From Chloroflexota bacterium (GTDB lineage: Bacteria; Chloroflexota; Anaerolineae; Aggregatilineales; J027), in the NCBI GenBank assembly GCA_010092845.1, contig JAADYW010000272.1, positions 1-62,839 on the forward strand: 62,839 bases of DNA, read 5' to 3'. Within the stretch, counting starts at the first letter, position 1. The number at the start of each line of letters is the position of its first letter. Below the pieces are notes generated by a model, which did not search any database, was not told the DNA's origin, and was given only the letters and a program-made list of their open reading frames with translations. Of the stretch, positions 27,270 to 37,020 are shown in pieces. Position numbers and translations under genes: made by a program.

Positions 27270-27857
27270 TTAGTGACCTGACGCCCCACCCTGACCAGCC
27301 AGCCCCAGGTTCGGGGCAATCTCCTGCATTGCAGAAAGTACCAATGGCACATGTTCTTCCCACAAATCCACCCCGAGCTCAGCACACCCTTCTTCTATCG
27401 ACTCACGGTGCGCACCGGCCGCGAATGATTTGTCTTTCCATTTCTTCTTGATCGACTTGACCTTGACATCACGGATATCTTGGGAGGGGCGCACCAGCGC
27501 CACTGCTATGATCAGCCCGGTAAGTTCGTCAACCGCATACAATACCTTGTCCATCAATGAGTCACGCGGTACGCCTGTATTGACGCCGTGGCTCAATATA
27601 CTGCGAATGATATCCTCAGGCACACCTCGCTCGCGCAGGATTGGCGCACCCTTCACCGGGTGCTCGTTCAGATCGGGATGGATCTCCCAATCAAAATCGT
27701 GCAAGAGGCCAGTGATTCCCCATTTTTCTGCATCAGCGTCGTACTTCTGGGCGTAGGCACGCATACCTGCCTCTACGGCGAGCATATGATTCCGCAGACT
27801 CTCGCTGTGGACAAATTCGGTGACGATATCCCAGGCATCTTCGCGTCGAAACGACAT
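27270..27857 (-). CDS. HD/HDIG-domain metal-dependent phosphohydrolase
   Basis: RNHMLAVEAGMRAYA (His) ... GLLHDFDWE (HD dyad). GGGAGAG RBS lies before ATG 27857. Confidence 0.8.
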   Translation of the reverse strand: MSFRREDAWDIVTEFVHSESLRNHMLAVEAGMRAYAQKYDADAEKWGITGLLHDFDWEIHPDLNEHPVKGAPILRERGVPEDIIRSILSHGVNTGVPRDSLMDKVLYAVDELTGLIIAVALVRPSQDIRDVKVKSIKKKWKDKSFAAGAHRESIEEGCAELGVDLWEEHVPLVLSAMQEIAPNLGLAGQGGASGH

Positions 27858-27874
27858 TGTGACCAAAGCTCTCC

Positions 27875-28843
27875 CTATACCGGAATACGTTTTTCCCGCA
27901 TTATAATAACATCTTGACAGGTCTCACCGGGAGCTACAGCACTATTACGTAAGACAATCGTCGAGGCAAGCTGCGCGCCTTCGCCAACGGTGCAGCCGTG
28001 TTCCAGGTAGACATACGGCCCGATTGTCGCGTAGTTCCCCACGCGAACACCGGGATCGATTCGGACCGGTGGGTGAATCGTGACGCCATTGGGTAACTCA
28101 CTCAAGATATGGGCGTCGCGCCCCTCATCAAGCGAGCTAGTGTTGACAACCATCAAGTCATGCTCGGTGAAAAGGCTATGGTAGCCAGTGGCGCCAAGAA
28201 ATCCCACACGGTTGCCATCTTCAACAAACAGGCGGATGGCATCCGTCAAATCACGTTCTCCCCGTGCAGCAGGCCGCACCTGCTTCAGGTAAGGGGAAAA
28301 CTCAGGACGAAAGGCATGCAAGAGGTACAACGCCGATACGGGCTCAGACCCCGTGTAAGGCGAACTGACGATAGCCTTCACGCACCTATCATCGTCTTCA
28401 ACGACGGCAACAGGTGCAGTGGCGTTATCCTCATAGGGAATAACACTGAGCACGCCGGCATAATCACCTTGATCAAACGCCGCCAGAAGCGCGGGTACAT
28501 GTTCCGGAGCTGTCAGGTTGTCCCCCGCTGCCACTACGAACGCCCCTTCCAGATAGTTCTCGGCCAGCAGCATAGCATCCACTGGGCCCTTGGGCACTGC
28601 CTGTAGCACGTATTGCACTTCGATATTGGGATACCAGGAGTTACTCAAGTAAGAGGCCAGCTCCCCCTCTTCAGCGCCAATGACTACCACGAAGCGGCGT
28701 ATCCCTGCTTCGCGCATTCGATCCATTACCCGAACCATAATGGGTTTGCCCAGAACCGGTAGCATTGACTTAGTACGATCGGGGGTCAGCGTGCCGAGAC
28801 GTGTACCTTGCCCAGCTGCCAGAATCAGTGCTTGCTCAATCAT
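27875..28843 (-). CDS. Sugar-phosphate nucleotidyltransferase with C-terminal left-handed beta-helix
   Basis: N-terminal ILAAGQGTRLGTLTPDRTKSMLPVLGKPIM (GxGTRL signature). C-terminal hexapeptide-like repeats (VRIDPGVRVGNYATIGPYVYLEHGCTVGEGAQL). Confidence 0.85.
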   Translation of the reverse strand: MIEQALILAAGQGTRLGTLTPDRTKSMLPVLGKPIMVRVMDRMREAGIRRFVVVIGAEEGELASYLSNSWYPNIEVQYVLQAVPKGPVDAMLLAENYLEGAFVVAAGDNLTAPEHVPALLAAFDQGDYAGVLSVIPYEDNATAPVAVVEDDDRCVKAIVSSPYTGSEPVSALYLLHAFRPEFSPYLKQVRPAARGERDLTDAIRLFVEDGNRVGFLGATGYHSLFTEHDLMVVNTSSLDEGRDAHILSELPNGVTIHPPVRIDPGVRVGNYATIGPYVYLEHGCTVGEGAQLASTIVLRNSAVAPGETCQDVIIMREKRIPV

Positions 28844-29148
28844 CAAAGTACTCTTTTCCCGTTTTCGTCAACCAAACGTGGCTGACCAGCCGTAAAACAA
28901 CTCGAAGGCACCAACGAATTACATAAGGATACCGCCAATTGCGAAATGCAACCTCAATGCATCTCTTAGCATCGATGACCAGCTACGAAGTGCAGTAAAC
29001 TTACAGGGTTGCGACCAATAGACCATCGGTCATGTACCATTCGGGCATGTTTTTGTTATACTCAATAAACAGCAACACACAAGACTTCGACCGTCACAGT
29101 TCCACATGTTGTTGTGGGTGATGGACGTAGAGACGGAGCATATACAAA

Positions 29149-29403
29149 ATGGCAGACGCTGAAACAAAGGTAATCCAATTCCATATCTCGCGCCTCAAGG
29201 ACAAGAATCCTGAGGTGCTGATGAAAACCATCAAAGAACTCGTGAAGTTTGGCGCGAAATCAAAAGAAGCGTTGCCGCACCTTGAGACGGTTTTCAAGTC
29301 TCATCCCGACGTAGAGGTCAGAAAAGCAGCACACGCCGCCGGATTACATATCTACAAACAGGTCCAGATGAGCGAAGATCATCAAGAGCCGACAGAGGCT
29401 TAA
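29149..29403 (+). CDS. Small HEAT-repeat protein
   Basis: 84 aa. DKNPEVLMKTIKELVKFGAKSKEALPHLETVFKSHPDVEVRKAAHAAGL resembles one to two HEAT repeats. Confidence 0.55.
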   Translation: MADAETKVIQFHISRLKDKNPEVLMKTIKELVKFGAKSKEALPHLETVFKSHPDVEVRKAAHAAGLHIYKQVQMSEDHQEPTEA

Positions 29404-29442
29404 GCCGATCTAGCTTAAGCCCCTTCCCTTCTCGCAAGATGC

Positions 29443-32064
29443 TTATAACGTACGCAAACGTTCCGTAACTGTCTCGATGCTTGCTGTTAGATCCTCTAGC
29501 TTAGCCTGCTCGCGTTGAACAACTTCTGGCTTCGCCTTCTTCAAGAAATCCTCATTGGCAAGTAGCTTCGTAACCCGTTCGCGCTGGCTCTCCAGATTAT
29601 TAAGCTCGTTCTCCAGCTTGGCGCGCTCCTTGTCAAGATCGACCATTGCTGCCAATGGCAGATAGACAGTAACGTCTGATGATACAATCGTGGCGGCCTG
29701 CTCCGGAACTTCACCATTGTCATTGACAAAGCTCACCTCGTTGACGTTGCATAGGCGCGCAAAAATGTAGTGATGGTCTAAAAGGACTTCGCGGTAGGAG
29801 CCCGTGTCGATAACAGCCGCGATCCGGTGTCCAGGCTCGACATCGTATTCCTGGCGCCTAGCGCGAATACCAACGACCAGGTCCATGAGAACTTGCATCG
29901 TGTTTTCAGCAGCATCGTCGACAAACGCCGCGTCAGCCTGGGGCCAGGCCGCGACAATCAAGGCCTCGCCTTCATGCGGAAGCGCTTGCCATAGCTCCTC
30001 AGTGATGAACGGCATATACGGATGCAACAGACGTAGCGAAGTATCGAGTGCATAACACAACACCGCCTGTACCATCGACTTGGCGTTGTCATCATCACCA
30101 TAGAGCGCATGCTTGCTGATTTCAACATACCAATCCGCCAGTTCATCCCAGATAAAGCTTAGAATCTGGCGCCCAGCTTCACCATACTGGTAGTTCTCGA
30201 ACAGGCGATCCACTGTCTGGATGAGACGTACTAGCCGGCTCATGATCCAGCGCGACGGGAGATCGAGTTGATTCCGCTCTGGAGGGCCTATCGGCGCTTC
30301 ATCCTCAAGATTGCCGAGCACGAACCGTGTAATCTGCCATAGCTTGTTGCCGAAATTGCGGCTATGTTCCACGCGACTCATCGCAAGATTCATGTCATTG
30401 CCGGGCGTGGATCCAGTGAGGAGGGTGAAGCGCAACGCATCAGCGCCGTATTCTTCCACGATCTCCAGAGGATCGATTACGTTGCCGAGCGTTTTGCTCA
30501 TTTTGCGGCCCTGTTCGTCCCGCACCAGGCCATGTAAGTACACCGTAGCAAAGGGCGCTTCATCGGTTAGCCACAAGCCCATCATGATCATACGGGCCAC
30601 CCAGAAAAACAGGATATCGTAGCCCGTTTCCATCATCGTGGTGGGATAGTACGTCGTCAGATCAGCGGTCTCGTCGGGCCAGCCAAGCGTACTGAATGGC
30701 CACAACCCACTGCTGAACCACGTATCGAGGACGTCCTCCTCCTGAACCCAGGTTCCTGTGCCGGGCGAAGGCGCCTCGCGAGCAACAACCACCTCGCCGG
30801 TATCGGTATTGGTCCAGGCCGGAATACGGTGCCCCCACCACAGTTGGCGGCTGACACACCAATCCTGGATATTCTCCAACCAATGGAAATAGACCTTTTC
30901 AAAGTGCTCTGGCACGATAGTGATCCGGCCATCGCGCACGGCCTGGATTGCCTTATCAGCCAGGGGTTTGGCGTTTACAAACCACTGCTCAGACACCAGC
31001 GGCTCGATAACCTCACCGCCGCGCTGGCTAATCGGCAACACCATCCGATGGGGACGCACTTCCACCGTTAACCCCAGCTCGGACATATCCTGCCAGAGTT
31101 TCTCGCGTGCTGCGAAGCGCTCCATACCGGCGTAGGGTCCAGCATGCTCGTTTAGCGTGGCATCTTTGTTCATAATATTGACAATTTCAAGGTCATGGCG
31201 CTGGCCGATCTCATAGTCATTGAAATCATGCCCAGGGGTTATTTTGAGCGCGCCAGTCCCGAATTCGCGGTCGACATACTCGTCCGCGATAACCGGAATC
31301 GCGCGGTTCAGCACAGGAACGTAAGCCGTCCTGCCGATCAGATGTTGGTAGCGTTCGTCCTCAGGATGAACGCATACCGCCGTATCACCAAGGATCGTCT
31401 CCGGGCGTGTTGTGGCCACGGGAATATGCTCACCGCCGTCCACCGGATAACGGAAGAAATAGAGCTTGCCATCAACTTCGACGTTTTCAACCTCAAGATC
31501 GCTGACGGCGGTCTGCAAGCCCGGAGACCAATTGATGAGACGTGTGCCTTTATAGACCAGGCCGTCTTCCCACAAGCGCACAAAAGCTTCGCGCACCGCC
31601 TTCGAAAGGCCTTCATCCAGCGTGAAGCGCTCGCGATCCCAGTCACATGACGCCCCAATACGCCGCAGTTGCTGCTGAATATGGCCGCCATATTTTTCCT
31701 TCCAGGCCCAGGTACGGCGCAGGAACTCCTCGCGGCCAACTTCCTCGCGGCTGGTACCTTCTTCGCGCAGCATCTTCTCGACCTGGAGTTGGGTAGCAAT
31801 GCCGGCGTGATCGGTGCCAGGAACCCATAGCGCGCGCCGCCCTCTCATGCGAGCATGCCGCATCATCAGGTCCTCCAGGCTAACAAACATCGCATGACCG
31901 TTGTGCAAAGCCCCGGTCACGTTGGGTGGGGGCATACTGATGATGTATGGCTGACCATCCTCAGACGCGTTTTCGGGTTTGAAATAGCCTTTTGCTTCCC
32001 ACCAGGAATAGATTCTCGTCTCGGCCTCATTGAAGTCGAAATTCTTGGTTAGCTCTTTTCCCAT
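29443..32064 (-). CDS. valS: Valine--tRNA ligase
   Basis: 873 aa. PPPNVTGALHNGHA (HIGH-type), KMSKTLGN (KMSKS), and a C-terminal coiled coil. Confidence 0.97.
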   Translation of the reverse strand: MGKELTKNFDFNEAETRIYSWWEAKGYFKPENASEDGQPYIISMPPPNVTGALHNGHAMFVSLEDLMMRHARMRGRRALWVPGTDHAGIATQLQVEKMLREEGTSREEVGREEFLRRTWAWKEKYGGHIQQQLRRIGASCDWDRERFTLDEGLSKAVREAFVRLWEDGLVYKGTRLINWSPGLQTAVSDLEVENVEVDGKLYFFRYPVDGGEHIPVATTRPETILGDTAVCVHPEDERYQHLIGRTAYVPVLNRAIPVIADEYVDREFGTGALKITPGHDFNDYEIGQRHDLEIVNIMNKDATLNEHAGPYAGMERFAAREKLWQDMSELGLTVEVRPHRMVLPISQRGGEVIEPLVSEQWFVNAKPLADKAIQAVRDGRITIVPEHFEKVYFHWLENIQDWCVSRQLWWGHRIPAWTNTDTGEVVVAREAPSPGTGTWVQEEDVLDTWFSSGLWPFSTLGWPDETADLTTYYPTTMMETGYDILFFWVARMIMMGLWLTDEAPFATVYLHGLVRDEQGRKMSKTLGNVIDPLEIVEEYGADALRFTLLTGSTPGNDMNLAMSRVEHSRNFGNKLWQITRFVLGNLEDEAPIGPPERNQLDLPSRWIMSRLVRLIQTVDRLFENYQYGEAGRQILSFIWDELADWYVEISKHALYGDDDNAKSMVQAVLCYALDTSLRLLHPYMPFITEELWQALPHEGEALIVAAWPQADAAFVDDAAENTMQVLMDLVVGIRARRQEYDVEPGHRIAAVIDTGSYREVLLDHHYIFARLCNVNEVSFVNDNGEVPEQAATIVSSDVTVYLPLAAMVDLDKERAKLENELNNLESQRERVTKLLANEDFLKKAKPEVVQREQAKLEDLTASIETVTERLRTL

Positions 32065-32072
32065 CAGATGTT

Positions 32073-32861
32073 CTACTCCTCCACCTTGTGCGCAATCATA
32101 ACGAGTTCGAGTCGATCACGGATAATCTCAATATCCTGGAAGCCCGCTTCGAGCATGGCGACCTGGACTTCGGTCGCGGTGAGCGCCCGATAGACAACCG
32201 GACGTTTGATCACACGATAGTCATCACCTTTGCCGCTTACTATGAAGCTATTGACGGTAACGGTTAGGGGCGGGCCATCATCCCAATCCCAGATATCGAA
32301 GGTGATGATCTGGGGTTCTTCGAGCTCAGGATCATGGACTCGCCCTGGGATGAAACGTGGACGATCCTCGATGAACGGCTCAAAGTCCTGCATCCCGACG
32401 ATAACCATACCCCCTGGCCGGAGCAAATTGTAAAAGACGCCGAGGGCATGGGCGATCTCTGCATCGGTCACCAGATGTGGGAAGGCATTGCCCTTGGTGA
32501 TTACAGCATCATATTGACCTGACACCTGTTCTGGCAGATCTGCAAAAGCGGCCTGGACAAACGCAATCTTGTCAGCAACTCCGTGCTCACTGGCATGACG
32601 ACGTGCGCGCTTCAACATACGTGGACTCGGATCGGCCCCGGTTACGGTATACCCCAGTTGTGCCAAAGCGATCGACTGCGTGCCGGGACCGCAAGAGGCA
32701 TCCAATACCTGCTCAACACCATGTGGGCGCAGCCAGCGCCGTAACTGCAACCCTTCACGTTCGAGGGTGCTCTCCCAATCGCGATACCACAGATGATAAT
32801 CATCGGCAACTGAGTCATAGAAGTCTACGATGTCATTGGTCGGATCCGATTTATTGTCCAT
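32073..32861 (-). CDS. Class I SAM-dependent methyltransferase, first gene of the T-box-controlled operon with valS
   Basis: Motif I VLDASCGPGTQSIALAQLG. ATG 32861 follows AGGGAGGG. Only 8 nt separate its stop from the valS start. Confidence 0.85.
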   Translation of the reverse strand: MDNKSDPTNDIVDFYDSVADDYHLWYRDWESTLEREGLQLRRWLRPHGVEQVLDASCGPGTQSIALAQLGYTVTGADPSPRMLKRARRHASEHGVADKIAFVQAAFADLPEQVSGQYDAVITKGNAFPHLVTDAEIAHALGVFYNLLRPGGMVIVGMQDFEPFIEDRPRFIPGRVHDPELEEPQIITFDIWDWDDGPPLTVTVNSFIVSGKGDDYRVIKRPVVYRALTATEVQVAMLEAGFQDIEIIRDRLELVMIAHKVEE

Positions 32862-32876
32862 AGCCCTCCCTATAAA

Positions 32877-32911
32877 CAAAAAAGCCATCCGTCATACAAG
32901 GACGAATGGGC
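32877..32911 (-). terminator. Intrinsic terminator of the T-box leader
   Basis: RNA: GCCCAUUCGUC-CUUGUAU-GACGGAUGGC followed by UUUUUU. The 5' arm overlaps the T-box antiterminator region. Confidence 0.75.
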
Positions 32912-33120
32912 TGCTATCCGCGGTACCACCTTGTTTCCCGAATTGATCGGGCACTCGGAACGCGATAACGGGCGATCCCGGATCCTTCTACTACCGGCCG
33001 CAGGCCAGTTTCAAGTGGATCACTCCGGAGCGACATCCAGCACAAGCGGCGTAGTTGCTTCCAGCCGATGGCAACTCTCTCTGTAACGCCCTTAAATGCT
33101 GAAACTCTCCTTCAGCGTGT
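32877..33120 (-). promoter_or_regulatory. T-box riboswitch leader, predicted valine specifier GUC
   Basis: T-box core AACAAGGUGGUACCGCGG (complement of 32918-32935). Stem I has an AGAGAG bulge and distal hairpin GUUGC-CAUCGGCUGGAA-GCAAC. Specifier-loop candidate GAU-GUC-G directly before the CUCC/GGAG helix (GUC = complement of 33032-33034). Terminator with U-tract. Confidence 0.8.
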
Positions 33121-33157
33121 TGGCGGTATTCTATGAAAATGTGTGGGCAATATTAAT

Positions 33158-33230
33158 AGCCATCCATGGGACTTGAACCCATAACCTATCGCTTACGAAG
33201 CGATTGCTCTGCCAATTGAGCTAGGATGGC
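33158..33230 (-). tRNA. tRNA-Thr (anticodon CGU), CCA not encoded
   Basis: Manual cloverleaf: acceptor GCCATCC/GGATGGC, D-arm GCTC-AATTGGCA-GAGC, anticodon arm ATCGC-TTCGTAA-GCGAT, T-arm ATGGG-TTCAAGT-CCCAT. Confidence 0.85.
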
Positions 33231-33312
33231 GTACAGCTAAATAGTAGCATCCCAATCCGGTGCCTGCAAGACTCAGTTTGGCCGCCAACAGCCATCTTTC
33301 ATAGCCTGATCT

Positions 33313-34536
33313 CTAGTCGGCAGCCCGCAAGGTCTCGATGATCGTTGACGCCAGGTCATCGAGCGCAACATCGGCTTCAGAGGCCGACTCCAATGCGTCG
33401 TCGATGGTGGGGAGCAAGACCTCCGCAAAGACGGGATAGGGTGAGACGGGACGAGCCCGCAAGAACTGGTTCCAGACCACAAGCTGAAACGGGCTAAGGC
33501 TATCTGCATCCGCCACAGTCAATGGTGCCTGGCCAGTCTGTTCAGTAATGAAGCGCTGGCCCTGAGCTGACAACAGGTAGCTCAGCAGCAGTTCGGCCGC
33601 TTGGATAGAGATATCGGGTGCGTTCTGGCTGATAACGACAGGGGTTACCCACATGAAGGGTCGCCATTCTACAGACTGGATCGGCGGGAGCAGATGGACA
33701 CTGACGTCTTCGCCAAGGGCTTCACTGATTTGAGGGTACCACGACGCATAGCCAACCTGAAGGGCCACCTCGCCCCGGGAAAAGGCTCCCGCGTCGGCGC
33801 TGAAACGGATCCCTTGATGGACATCCAGGAGCTGATAGGTACTGAAGTAGTCCATCAGCGGAAGCTGGCTGAAAATCACCCGGCCGTCGAGATCAATGAC
33901 TGATGAGGAGGTACCAGGATACAATCCGAGTGTCCCTTCCGCACCGGGATAGAGCACTACTGGTTGATTTTCAGCAACAGCGCGGAGCTCTTCGACCGTT
34001 CGTGGCGGTGCGCCAAGCATCGTCTGGTTGGTATACATCACCAACACATCGCCGGAGAGCGGCACGCCCCAGACACGATCGCGGTACCATAACGCAGGAT
34101 AGAGGCTGGCAAGGGCATTTGAGTCCACCTGCTGTGTGACATCGCTGCTGAGGGGCACCAGGTAACCGGCATCGGCTAGATCGGCAATCCAGCCAATCTC
34201 AGCAACCAGAACATCAGGCCCACCGCCCGCCGGCACCGCTTCTTCAAAATCAGAGCGCAGCGCTGACGGAACGCGGTACTCAAGAACAACCGAAATGTCC
34301 GGATGGTCTTCCTGGAAACGCGCCATAGCTTGTTGCAGGCCATCCAGCGCCGCGCCAGAAAGCCCATGCCACATGGTCAACTCAACCGGGAACGGCAGGG
34401 TGGGTGTCAGTTGCGCGGCTTGGTCTCTCGCTGGTTCCTGACTATCACCCTCATCCTTATCTTCACAACCGAGCAGAAGCATGCCGAACAGCAACATAAC
34501 CAGTGCCAAGATATAGTATCGACTTGATCGCATCAT
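33313..34536 (-). CDS. ABC-transporter extracellular solute-binding protein (family 1, sugar-type), lipoprotein
   Basis: Lipobox-like MLLFGMLLLGCEDK. Typical SBP_bac_1-like length and composition. ATG 34536 follows AAGGGGA. No permease or ATPase gene is adjacent. Confidence 0.7.
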   Translation of the reverse strand: MMRSSRYYILALVMLLFGMLLLGCEDKDEGDSQEPARDQAAQLTPTLPFPVELTMWHGLSGAALDGLQQAMARFQEDHPDISVVLEYRVPSALRSDFEEAVPAGGGPDVLVAEIGWIADLADAGYLVPLSSDVTQQVDSNALASLYPALWYRDRVWGVPLSGDVLVMYTNQTMLGAPPRTVEELRAVAENQPVVLYPGAEGTLGLYPGTSSSVIDLDGRVIFSQLPLMDYFSTYQLLDVHQGIRFSADAGAFSRGEVALQVGYASWYPQISEALGEDVSVHLLPPIQSVEWRPFMWVTPVVISQNAPDISIQAAELLLSYLLSAQGQRFITEQTGQAPLTVADADSLSPFQLVVWNQFLRARPVSPYPVFAEVLLPTIDDALESASEADVALDDLASTIIETLRAAD

Positions 34537-34639
34537 TTCCCCTTTGTTCAAGCATTGCAGACTCAGATGACTCCCGGTAGCGCCATTTACCAATTGCATG
34601 ATACACTGCCTAAGACATTTTGCGTAGTTCAGAAGAGGG

Positions 34640-35968
34640 ATGAAAAGGCTCATGAACGCCGACTTCGATCCTGTAGAGATGCTTAGCCGTGCCTTCCCCA
34701 ACGTCAGCAGTGATGTCCTATCGGCTATTGCAAGGTTAGCCAGAATCCGGTCGTATGAACCCGGCACCATCTTGTGCTACGAGGGCGAAACCGGGGACAC
34801 GTTCTACCTTGTAGGGTCTGGCTCCGTCGAAATCACCAAGAAGATGAACAACAACGAGGACCGCATCCTGCGGCAGGGCAAACCCGGTGAGTTTTTCGGG
34901 GAAATGGCCCTACTCCACGATACACTCCGCAGTGCGACGGTAAAGACAACCGACCAGACGACCGTTCTCGAATTGGACCGAAGCACCTTCGTCGCCGCAG
35001 TTCAGCAAAACCCGACCATGGTCCTGACCTTGATTCGCGTCATGATTGAACGCATCCGTGCCAATGATGCGCAGGCCCTCAATGACCTCCAGCAGGAAAA
35101 GGATAAGGTCGAGGCCGCATACCAGGAGCTGAAACGGCAAGAGCAGAAACGCGACGAGTTTCTGGACACCATTGCTCATGAGCTGCGCACCCCCCTAACC
35201 GCCGCGAAGGGCTACATCCAGCTCGTGAAATCTGGCATGGTCTCAGCAGAGCAACGTGACGCATCCATCGACAAGATTGATCGCTCCTTTAACCGGATTA
35301 TCAGCCTGGTCAATGATCTTCTCTTCGTGCAGGAAATGGAATTACTGGACTTCGGCTTCACCACAGTCAATATTGCTGATATTCTTGATGAAGCCCTTTC
35401 TACACTGCAACCTGGCACTGGCGACCAGAGCGCGCAGATTAGACGCGAACTCCCCGAGACGCTACCGGCGATCACCGCCGACCATGATGGGCTACTGCGC
35501 GCCTTCATCCACCTGCTGGACAATGCCGTCAAATTCAGCCCCGAAGGTGGCGAGGTTATCGTCAGGGCGACGCCAACCGACAGGCATATCGACCTTGATT
35601 TCATCGATCAGGGCGTCGGCATCCCCCCCGAGTTCATGCCACGCCTGTTTGAGCGATTCGAGCGGATTGAAACCTACAAGGAATTCCTCTTCGGGGGGCT
35701 AGGGCTGGGCTTGCCCATTGTCAAACATATTGTTGAGAGCCACGGCGGTACAATCACCGTCGAATCGGAGCTGGGGAAAGGCAGCCGGTTCCGCTTGCAT
35801 CTCCCCATTGACGCGCGCGCAGCCCGCAGAACACGGGTCGAGGCGCAGACGACGGTCCCTACCAAGCCCGAGGGTAACAGCAATGTACAGGAATGGGTTG
35901 ATGTACCCGAAGATGATCAGAATACACCGGCCGTCTCCGCCGAACCCACCACCGAGGATGAAGGTTAA
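34640..35968 (+). CDS. Cyclic-nucleotide-binding domain / histidine kinase fusion (soluble)
   Basis: cNMP-binding FFGEMALLHDTLRSATV. H-box IAHELRTPLTA. N/G boxes LLDNAVKFSPEGG, DQGVGIP, GGLGLGLPIV. Confidence 0.85.
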   Translation: MKRLMNADFDPVEMLSRAFPNVSSDVLSAIARLARIRSYEPGTILCYEGETGDTFYLVGSGSVEITKKMNNNEDRILRQGKPGEFFGEMALLHDTLRSATVKTTDQTTVLELDRSTFVAAVQQNPTMVLTLIRVMIERIRANDAQALNDLQQEKDKVEAAYQELKRQEQKRDEFLDTIAHELRTPLTAAKGYIQLVKSGMVSAEQRDASIDKIDRSFNRIISLVNDLLFVQEMELLDFGFTTVNIADILDEALSTLQPGTGDQSAQIRRELPETLPAITADHDGLLRAFIHLLDNAVKFSPEGGEVIVRATPTDRHIDLDFIDQGVGIPPEFMPRLFERFERIETYKEFLFGGLGLGLPIVKHIVESHGGTITVESELGKGSRFRLHLPIDARAARRTRVEAQTTVPTKPEGNSNVQEWVDVPEDDQNTPAVSAEPTTEDEG

Positions 35969-37020
35969 GCGACCAGATTCAGTCCCCAGTCGTATTTATT
36001 GAAGCGCACTTTGAATCGGTCAGGGTGGTGAAATAGGGCCTGCTGCGCTTCATCGTCCGCAATGTAACGTGCAATATACGCCAAAACATTCCGGAAGGAT
36101 CCCCGGCCAATCTGGTTGAGAACATTGCCGCCGAAATCGGGCGCATACCACTGGAAAATCCGCGACAGATGCACCTCATTGCGCTCAAGATCAACCCGTA
36201 CCTCACCGCCGTTAATGAAATTGTGGGCCGCTAGATCGAGTTGTTGGTCCAGTTGTTCGGGACTGTATATCCCGACAGGCGGGCAAGACTCGGAGGCACA
36301 CACCAGCGTGAAATGGATCCGGGGATCGACCTGAGAGACAACAAGCGCGAAGCGCGGGTCATGGAAGCGGAACTGAGGCCCCGGGATCGCAGGATTTCCT
36401 GCATTAGCACGCAGGATACCATGCTCAATATCATCGGCACTGAAGCGCAGCCCGTCAATAATGTAGGCTGCTTTGACAAAGAAACCCCGGACCTCATGAA
36501 CTGTTGCCTCGACACCAAAATGGATCACAGCATCAACAATGAGGATATTGTAGAGGTTAATCCAGAATGCCAGCCTCTCTTCCAGCGTCTTGAGTGATCG
36601 TAGCGGGAATGTTTGCAGTCGCCGTGTGGTCTGCCGGTAGCTCTGGTAAGCGGGGCTGGTCTTGAGGCGGCGGTAGTTCACGGCGCCGGTTTCTTCATCA
36701 AATGCGTCGAGCTTGATGGCATTGATTGCCTGTTTGAGCTCGAAGGCCAGATCGCGCGTGGCACGGCTGGAATCCTCGGTACAATTCAAGGCATTAGTTC
36801 GATCAACTCCGGCGAAGAGATGGTATACGCGCTGAGCGAGTGGTACCGCTGAAGGGCGGAAAAAGGGTGAACATGCCGTGGGCCGAACAGTCGATGACAT
36901 TGCGGTACGCTTCCTTAGTCTTGTGGTCGGAATACATTGGTCGCCTATCAGACGGGCCCATAACTGCAGAACTTTCGACTCATTCAGCGAGCCGAAAACG
37001 GAGACGGTCTGCGTCGTCAT
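35965..37020 (-). CDS. DUF547-domain protein
   Basis: ERLAFWINLYNILIVDAVI... matches the DUF547 core as I recall it. The true start may be the internal ATG near 36900, because 36980-37020 overlaps the NUDIX gene. Confidence 0.6.
   Translation of the reverse strand: MTTQTVSVFGSLNESKVLQLWARLIGDQCIPTTRLRKRTAMSSTVRPTACSPFFRPSAVPLAQRVYHLFAGVDRTNALNCTEDSSRATRDLAFELKQAINAIKLDAFDEETGAVNYRRLKTSPAYQSYRQTTRRLQTFPLRSLKTLEERLAFWINLYNILIVDAVIHFGVEATVHEVRGFFVKAAYIIDGLRFSADDIEHGILRANAGNPAIPGPQFRFHDPRFALVVSQVDPRIHFTLVCASESCPPVGIYSPEQLDQQLDLAAHNFINGGEVRVDLERNEVHLSRIFQWYAPDFGGNVLNQIGRGSFRNVLAYIARYIADDEAQQALFHHPDRFKVRFNKYDWGLNLVA

Noticed and set aside
33043-33047. Alternative specifier CUU (Leu) or GUG (Val) in the upper internal loop (GCUUG) of Stem I
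   Set aside because: Using that loop as the specifier leaves only ~11 bp to the distal platform, too short for canonical Stem I-tRNA geometry. The lower loop (GUC followed by a purine) gives ~20 bp and matches valS. This remains unverified without a covariance-model alignment.
33158-33230. The adjacent tRNA-Thr(CGU) as the ligand of the neighbouring T-box (an ACG triplet occurs in Stem I)
   Set aside because: The ACG lies in the helix below the AG bulge (GGCGU/ACGCC), not in a specifier loop. The tRNA's discriminator is U, whereas the T-box UGGU bulge predicts A73. The downstream synthetase is valS, and a GUC codon sits in the canonical specifier position.
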